From a virus (lineage: Duplodnaviria; Heunggongvirae; Uroviricota; Caudoviricetes): a DNA stretch of 22,731 nt. The stretch is from IMG/VR virus record IMGVR_UViG_2585427766_000007. One strand, written 5' to 3'. The position numbers were made by a program, and so were the translations under genes. Below, piece after piece: positions 17,337-22,731 of the stretch (within the stretch, counting starts at the first letter, position 1; each line of letters starts with the position of its first letter). The notes below the pieces were generated by a model. It worked only from the letters and a program-made list of their open reading frames with translations. It was not told the DNA's origin and did not search any database.

Positions 17337-17376
17337 GGAGGCTCTTATATTTATATGAGCCTCGTTTTATGCTTTT
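17337..17376 (+). terminator. Rho-independent terminator after emrE
   Basis: GAGGCTC-N12-GAGCCTC hairpin followed by GTTTTATGCTTTTT. Confidence 0.6.
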
Positions 17377-17561
17377 TGTTAATGTCTTTATTTTTTTATG
17401 TATTCTTTTGTGCTTTCAAGATTATGGCGTAAGAAAATTGCAATACGATTATTGTTGTATATTCAAGATAATGTGACCTTAATTGTCTTTTTAAATAAAA
17501 ATTAAACAAAATTATATCCCACCACTAAGGTTTATAAAAGCATACGTTAGCAGGTGTCACC

Positions 17562-19088
17562 ATGAAAAAAGCCATAGCATATATGCGATTTTCATCACCA
17601 GGTCAGATGTCTGGCGACTCATTAAACCGACAGAGAAGACTTATTGCTGAATGGTTAAAGGTAAATAGTGATTATTATCTTGATACCATAACATATGAAG
17701 ATTTAGGATTAAGTGCATTCAAAGGAAAGCATGCACAATCAGGAGCTTTTTCGGAATTTTTAGATGCTATAGAGCATGGTTATATATTGCCAGGAACTAC
17801 ATTGTTAGTTGAAAGTCTGGACAGACTTTCAAGAGAAAAAGTCGGTGAAGCGATTGAACGTCTGAAATTGATTTTGAATCACGGTATTGATGTTATAACT
17901 CTTTGCGACAATACAGTCTATAATATTGACTCTTTGAATGAGCCATATTCATTAATAAAAGCCATACTTATAGCACAAAGGGCAAATGAAGAAAGCGAGA
18001 TAAAGTCAAGTCGGGTTAAATTATCATGGAAGAAAAAACGGCAGGATGCACTGGAATCAGGTACGATTATGACGGCGTCTTGTCCGAGATGGCTCTCCTT
18101 AGATGACAAAAGAACGGCTTTTGTTCCAGACCCCGACAGGGTGAAAACTATTGAGCTAATTTTTAAACTCAGGATGGAAAGGCGCTCATTGAATGCAATA
18201 GCCAAGTATTTAAATGATCATGCTGTAAAGAATTTCTCAGGAAAAGAAAGTGCATGGGGACCTTCTGTAATTGAAAAATTATTAGCGAATAAAGCTCTGA
18301 TAGGTATATGCGTACCTTCATATCGTGCAAGAGGTAAAGGAATAAGTGAAATCGCTGGCTATTATCCCAGAGTCATATCAGATGATTTGTTTTACGCTGT
18401 ACAGGAAATTCGGTTGGCACCTTTTGGTATTAGCAATAGTAGCAAAAATCCTATGTTGATAAATCTACTTCGAACAGTTATGAAGTGCGAGGCTTGTGGT
18501 AATACCATGATTGTTCATGCGGTATCTAGAAGTTTGCATGGCTATTATGTTTGTCCGATGAGAAGACTGCATCGATGTGACAGGCCATCAATAAAGAGAG
18601 ATTTGGTTGATTATAATATCATTAATGAGTTGCTTTTTAATTGTAGTAAAATCCAACCAGTTGAAAACAAGAAAGATGCTAATGAAACTTTAGAGTTGAA
18701 AATTATTGAGCTCCAGATGAAAATTAATAATTTAATTGCTGCATTATCTGTTGCGCCTGAAGTTACCGCTATAGCAGAAAAAATCAGAGTATTAGATAAG
18801 GAATTACGAAGGGCTTCTGTATCATTAAAAACTTTGAAGAGTAAAGCGGTGAGTTCACTTGGTGATTTTCATGCTATTGACTTAACCAGTAAAAATGGGC
18901 GAGAGCTATGTCGTACACTTGCCTATAAAACATTCGAAAAAATCATAATCAATACAGATAATAAAACCTGTGATATCTATTTTATGAATGGCATTGTTTT
19001 TAAACACTATCCTTTAATGAAAACAATATCCGCCCAGCAGGCGATAAGTACTCTCAAATATATGGTTGATGGTGAGGTTTATTTTTGA
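17562..19088 (+). CDS. ybcK: Large serine recombinase (resolvase-type N-terminal catalytic domain plus recombinase and zinc-ribbon domains), YbcK-like, 508 aa
   Basis: N-terminus MKKAIAYMRFSSPGQMSGDSLNRQRRLI has the resolvase catalytic-serine motif context; Cys cluster CEACGN...CPMRRLHRCDRP; AT-rich; follows emrE as in DLP12. Confidence 0.85.
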   Translation: MKKAIAYMRFSSPGQMSGDSLNRQRRLIAEWLKVNSDYYLDTITYEDLGLSAFKGKHAQSGAFSEFLDAIEHGYILPGTTLLVESLDRLSREKVGEAIERLKLILNHGIDVITLCDNTVYNIDSLNEPYSLIKAILIAQRANEESEIKSSRVKLSWKKKRQDALESGTIMTASCPRWLSLDDKRTAFVPDPDRVKTIELIFKLRMERRSLNAIAKYLNDHAVKNFSGKESAWGPSVIEKLLANKALIGICVPSYRARGKGISEIAGYYPRVISDDLFYAVQEIRLAPFGISNSSKNPMLINLLRTVMKCEACGNTMIVHAVSRSLHGYYVCPMRRLHRCDRPSIKRDLVDYNIINELLFNCSKIQPVENKKDANETLELKIIELQMKINNLIAALSVAPEVTAIAEKIRVLDKELRRASVSLKTLKSKAVSSLGDFHAIDLTSKNGRELCRTLAYKTFEKIIINTDNKTCDIYFMNGIVFKHYPLMKTISAQQAISTLKYMVDGEVYF

Positions 19089-19199
19089 GTAATAATCACT
19101 TTTTCAACCGTGCTATAGTAAGAAAGTTAGGTAAGTACATTAAAATTATCTATCCTGAACGAAGCGTCCTGAGCTATGGTTTTACTATAGAGACTGCCA

Positions 19200-19523
19200 A
19201 TGGATGCTGGCGTTCTCGTTCTAGCAGTTCAACAATACCCAATCACAAAACAATTCACTGATAACGAACTTTGCACACTCGCCTGGTTATGGCGAGCAGG
19301 GAATGTGATGTTAATTACCTACCAGAACGTTACTCCTCTTCTTCAGGTTGCGGAGCATCGTGAAGCTGGTCGCTTCACTTCTATCGAGCAAGAATATCCC
19401 CAGATACTCAATAAGGCACAGGCAATCCTTGCCAGAGAAACGGCACATGTAAAATTCCGGCCGTGGCAGGATGATAAGTGGAGTCGAGTTTTGCCGCATT
19501 TACGTTCGGATCGATTACAGTAG
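19200..19523 (+). CDS. Hypothetical ORF (107 aa from ATG 19200, or 71 aa from ATG 19305); coding status doubtful
   Basis: Open frame only; weak ribosome-binding sites; no recognisable motif. Confidence 0.25.
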   Translation: MDAGVLVLAVQQYPITKQFTDNELCTLAWLWRAGNVMLITYQNVTPLLQVAEHREAGRFTSIEQEYPQILNKAQAILARETAHVKFRPWQDDKWSRVLPHLRSDRLQ

Positions 19524-19984
19524 ATTCCAATTAACAATGAGAAACACATAGCCACCCCGTGGTATTGAAACCATATAATGTTGGATTTGAAAACAGATCT
19601 TTTTCCATGTATTAATAACTACATCCCCGCGAGTGATTCAAAAAGGAGGGCCCAATTTTGTCCGAGTTTTTGTATTCCCCCGCATGCCGCTGCGGAGCAC
19701 TACATCTGAGTGTCTGACTAGGGGATAAAATTAGACTGGATAGTGAGAAGAAAGTGGCGTGCTAGGCTGTGCCGAGTGCTACCAGTACACCCTGGGGGTG
19801 TGCAGCTTTCGCCGAGACTGTAGTGGGTATCGGTTAATGCACGAAAAACCGAGAGGTCAGACAACCAATTTGCCGTAGGATTGTTTCCGGTGCGATACCG
19901 GTGTACTAACTGAAAGCAATGCGAAAAAGCATAAACTCGGTCCTTCAGTCGCCCTACACACTATTTACTAAGAAGGGCTAAAGC

Positions 19985-20341
19985 ATGGATACAATTATCA
20001 CATGGATGGGAGATCGTCTGTTGGGGTGGATAACAAACAAATCCGATCTGCGGCAGAGGGCAATCACTGGATTAACTCCTGCGATTTATTCAACAATTTT
20101 ATATACTGAAAAATTAAAACGTGGTGAGCCTAATAACCCAAACGAAGAAGAAAAACTTTATAGGCTTTGGTATGAAGCGTCTTCCCAAGTCGTAGACTTT
20201 GATCGAGAGCTGGCTAAAAGATGTTTAGATAAATCAGAATATTGGCTTCATTCTGAATTATATAGCCCTGAGAAAGTTGGAGAGCTAAACATTTCTTTGG
20301 TTGGTATGAAGGCAACGCTTGAAGGAATAAAGCACAATTAA
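19985..20341 (+). CDS. Hypothetical AT-rich orphan protein (118 aa)
   Basis: ATG with AAGAAGGG upstream; no recognisable motif; occupies the slot where K-12 DLP12 carries ybcL-ybcM. Confidence 0.55.
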   Translation: MDTIITWMGDRLLGWITNKSDLRQRAITGLTPAIYSTILYTEKLKRGEPNNPNEEEKLYRLWYEASSQVVDFDRELAKRCLDKSEYWLHSELYSPEKVGELNISLVGMKATLEGIKHN

Positions 20342-20430
20342 AACCTTTGATTTGCGATAATCAACTCGCCATAATCATGTCATCGGAGCCTGAACAACTC
20401 CGGTGACTTCTGCGCTAAACGGGGACGTTT

Positions 20431-20532
20431 ATGCGCACACACAATCCAAACTCTCTTCTCCCTCCACAGATGCAGAAATGCACCTGCGATATATTGTATC
20501 CAGCGTTTGACCTCTGCGGAGGTGAAGCGTGA
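20431..20532 (+). CDS. ylcH: Small protein YlcH-like (33 aa)
   Basis: [33 protein letters not shown]; GGGGA Shine-Dalgarno; stop overlaps the ybcN start; position as in DLP12. Confidence 0.5.
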   Translation: MRTHNPNSLLPPQMQKCTCDILYPAFDLCGGEA

Positions 20533-20984
20533 ATCTCCCACAAGATGGCATCAAATTACATCGCGGTAACTTCACCGCTATCGGTCGGCAGATCCAGCCT
20601 TATCTGGAGGAGGGCAAATGCTTTCGCATGGTGCTTAAACCGTGGCGTGAGAAACGCAGTCTTTCCCAGAATGCACTCAGCCACATGTGGTACAGCGAAA
20701 TCAGTGAATACCTCATCAGCAGGGGTAAAACGTTCGCTACTCCAGCTTGGGTAAAAGATGCTCTCAAACACACATATCTCGGTTATGAAACCAAAGACCT
20801 GGTTGATGTTGTAACCGGTGATATCACCACTATCCAGTCGTTACGCCATACCTCCGATCTTGATACCGGAGAGATGTATGTCTTCCTGTGTAAGGTTGAA
20901 GCCTGGGCGGTGAATATTGGCTGCCACCTGACTATTCCGCAGAGCTGCGAGTTCCAGCTGCTCCGCGACAAGCAGGAGGCGTAA
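20529..20984 (+). CDS. ybcN: NinB-family recombination protein, YbcN-like (151 aa, GTG start)
   Basis: GGAGG Shine-Dalgarno; internal [16 protein letters not shown] resembles the NinB motif; followed by ninE as in lambdoid nin regions. Confidence 0.8.
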   Translation: MNLPQDGIKLHRGNFTAIGRQIQPYLEEGKCFRMVLKPWREKRSLSQNALSHMWYSEISEYLISRGKTFATPAWVKDALKHTYLGYETKDLVDVVTGDITTIQSLRHTSDLDTGEMYVFLCKVEAWAVNIGCHLTIPQSCEFQLLRDKQEA

Positions 20985-21154
20985 TGGCTACACCGCTTAT
21001 TCGTGTCATGAACGGACACATCTACAGAGTACCAGATCGTCGTAAGCGTAAACCGGAGCTGAAGCCTTCCGAAATACCAACACTGCTCGGATATACCGCC
21101 AGCCTGGTTGATAAAAAATGGTTGCGACTGGCAGCAAGGAGGAATCATGGCTGA
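20984..21154 (+). CDS. ninE: NinE-family small protein (56 aa)
   Basis: [56 protein letters not shown]; start overlaps the ybcN stop; below the ORF-track size cutoff, translated by hand. Confidence 0.7.
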   Translation: MATPLIRVMNGHIYRVPDRRKRKPELKPSEIPTLLGYTASLVDKKWLRLAARRNHG

Positions 21155-21437
21155 TTTGAGAAAAGCAGCGCGTAGTCGGGAATGCCAGGTAAGAATCCCT
21201 GGCGTATGTAATGGCAACCCTGAAACGTCTGTACTGGCACATATCCGGCTGACTGGATTGTGCGGCACCGGTACCAAACCGCCAGACCTGATTGCCACCA
21301 TTGCATGTTCTGCCTGCCACGACGAAATCGACCGCCGCACACATTTTGTCGATGCTGCATATGCAAAAGAATGCGCGCTGGAAGGTATGGCGAGAACACA
21401 GGTTATCTGGCTGAAAGAGGGGGTTATTAAGGCGTGA
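21147..21437 (+). CDS. ybcO: YbcO-like protein (96 aa from ATG 21147), Cys-rich putative nuclease
   Basis: AGGAGG Shine-Dalgarno before [35 protein letters not shown]...; DLP12 gene order ninE-ybcO-rusA. Confidence 0.75.
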   Translation: MADLRKAARSRECQVRIPGVCNGNPETSVLAHIRLTGLCGTGTKPPDLIATIACSACHDEIDRRTHFVDAAYAKECALEGMARTQVIWLKEGVIKA

Positions 21438-21796
21438 ATACCTACAGCATCACATTACCCTGGCCTCCGAGCAATAATCGCTATTACCGCCATAATCGCG
21501 GGCGCACGCACGTCAGCGCAGAGGGGCAGGCATACCGCGATAACGTCGCCCGAATCATTAAAAACGCAATGCTGGATATCGGCCTGGCTATGCCTGTGAA
21601 AATCCGCATTGAGTGCCACATGCCGGATCGCCGTCGCCGTGACCTGGATAATCTGCAAAAAGCCGCTTTTGACGCACTCACTAAAGCAGGTTTCTGGCTG
21701 GATGATGCTCAGGTCGTTGATTACCGCGTTGTGAAGATGCCTGTTACCAAAGGTGGGAGGCTGGAACTGACCATCACCGAAATGGGGAATGAATGA
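21434..21796 (+). CDS. rusA: RusA Holliday-junction resolvase (120 aa)
   Basis: [51 protein letters not shown]... matches E. coli RusA as recalled. Confidence 0.95.
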   Translation: MNTYSITLPWPPSNNRYYRHNRGRTHVSAEGQAYRDNVARIIKNAMLDIGLAMPVKIRIECHMPDRRRRDLDNLQKAAFDALTKAGFWLDDAQVVDYRVVKMPVTKGGRLELTITEMGNE

Positions 21797-21933
21797 TGTT
21801 TGAGTTTTATATGGCAGAACGTCTTCGCCACCGCTGGGGGCGTCTGCGCTTATATCGTTTCCCCGGTTCTGTTTTGACCGATTACCGAATACTGAAGAAT
21901 TACGCCAAAACCCTGACAGGAGCAGGAGTATGA
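21793..21933 (+). CDS. ylcG: Small protein YlcG-like (46 aa)
   Basis: [46 protein letters not shown]; start overlaps the rusA stop; translated by hand. Confidence 0.6.
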   Translation: MMFEFYMAERLRHRWGRLRLYRFPGSVLTDYRILKNYAKTLTGAGV

Positions 21934-22018
21934 AGTCAGAGATAACAATCAACTAATACTGTTTCGTTGATTTTTGCTTGTAATTGGCGTTCTGGTCTGA
22001 TTTTTGTGGAGTAAGTTG

Positions 22019-22402
22019 ATGCGTGATATTCAGATGGTTCTTGAGCGTTGGGGAGCGTGGGCGGCTAATAATCATGAAGATGTGACCTGGTCGTCCATTG
22101 CCGCCGGTTTTAAGGGATTAATTACTTCAAAAGTAAAATCTCGCCCGCAATGTTGTGACGATGACGCGATGATCATTTGCGGGTGCATGGCCCGTCTGAA
22201 AAAGAACAACAGCGATTTGCACGATTTATTAGTAGATTATTATGTAGTCGGTATGACATTCATGTCACTGGCAGGTAAGCATTGCTGCTCTGATGGTTAT
22301 ATCGGGAAAAGGTTACAGAAGGCTGAGGGCATAATTGAAGGGATGTTAATGGCATTAGATATCCGGTTAGAGATGGATATCGTTGTTAATAACTCTAATT
22401 AA
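22019..22402 (+). CDS. quuD: Late-gene antiterminator Q (QuuD-like, 127 aa from ATG 22019)
   Basis: [34 protein letters not shown]... with Cys cluster [12 protein letters not shown]; lies downstream of rusA/ylcG as in DLP12. Confidence 0.85.
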   Translation: MRDIQMVLERWGAWAANNHEDVTWSSIAAGFKGLITSKVKSRPQCCDDDAMIICGCMARLKKNNSDLHDLLVDYYVVGMTFMSLAGKHCCSDGYIGKRLQKAEGIIEGMLMALDIRLEMDIVVNNSN

Positions 22403-22428
22403 TACGCCAATTATTTACTAAAAGTTAT

Positions 22429-22731
22429 GGTGATGCTGCCAACTTACTGATTTAGTGTATGATGGTGTTTTTGAGGTGCTCCAGTGGCTTCTGTTTCTAT
22501 CAGCTGTCCCTCCTGTTCAGCTACTGACGGGGTGGTGCGTAACGGCAAAAGCACCGCCGGACATCAGCGCTATCTCTGCTCTCACTGCCGTAAAACATGG
22601 CAACTGCAGTTCACTTACACCGCTTCTCAACCCGGTACGCACCAGAAAATCATTGATATGGCCATGAATGGCGTTGGATGCCGGGCAACTGCCCGCATTA
22701 TGGGCGTTGGCCTCAACACGATTTTACGCCA
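22429..22731 (+). mobile_element. IS1 insertion sequence, partial copy running off the window end; inverted relative to the copy at 1-362
   Basis: 22429 onward reads GGTGATGCTGCCAACTTACTGATTTAGTGTATGATGG..., same terminus as the left copy but on the opposite strand. Confidence 0.9.
22484..22731 (+). CDS. insA: IS1 InsA, 3'-truncated by the window end
   Basis: GTG start; translation [80 protein letters not shown]... runs off the window end. Confidence 0.85.
   Translation, partial: MASVSISCPSCSATDGVVRNGKSTAGHQRYLCSHCRKTWQLQFTYTASQPGTHQKIIDMAMNGVGCRATARIMGVGLNTILR

Noticed and set aside
17918-18205. 95-aa minus-strand ORF inside the serine recombinase gene
   Set aside because: Antisense shadow ORF in an AT-rich gene; no start signals.
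20545-21399. Overlapping ORFs 20545-20754, 20556-20771, 20783-21340, 21006-21344, 21145-21399
   Set aside because: Alternative-frame or antisense ORFs over ybcN, ninE and ybcO; the sense-strand genes have ribosome-binding sites, translational coupling and the conserved nin-region order.
21455-21952. 165-aa minus-strand ORF and 21484-21681 ORF over rusA/ylcG
   Set aside because: Antisense to rusA, whose translation matches the known resolvase; no start signals.
22455-22667. 70-aa ORF at the right end
   Set aside because: Same alternative-frame IS1 artefact as at the left end; the real gene here is insA starting at GTG 22484.

Overview
This window is an Escherichia coli chromosomal segment across the lambda attachment site. 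It holds host genes ybhI-ybhJ-ybhC (with an ERIC repeat and a REP/BIME cluster), then attL and a mosaic, apparently defective lambdoid prophage. On the minus strand the early-left arm runs int, xis, an AT-rich cargo cluster (142-aa protein, small ORF, secreted 204-aa protein), ea22-like, TraR-like orf73, orf61/orf63/orf60a, exo-bet-gam. A non-lambda immunity region follows: a candidate N-like ORF, oL/pL, a LexA-type CI repressor, a Cro-like HTH protein, a rrn-type boxA and a CII-like ORF. Next come a chimeric O with its own iterons, lambda-type P and ren, then a DLP12-like nin region: emrE, a large serine recombinase (ybcK-like), a GC-rich ORF-poor segment with an orphan 118-aa gene, ylcH-ybcN-ninE-ybcO-rusA-ylcG and the Q antiterminator (quuD-like). 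Both window ends lie inside IS1 copies in inverted orientation; the right copy abuts the end of Q, so no lysis or morphogenesis genes are present here. All identifications rest on reading the sequence and ORF translations against recalled reference sequences and gene order; no database search was run. The best candidates for something undescribed are the cargo cluster between xis and ea22 (7121-9362) and the unexplained segment between the serine recombinase and ylcH (19089-20430).
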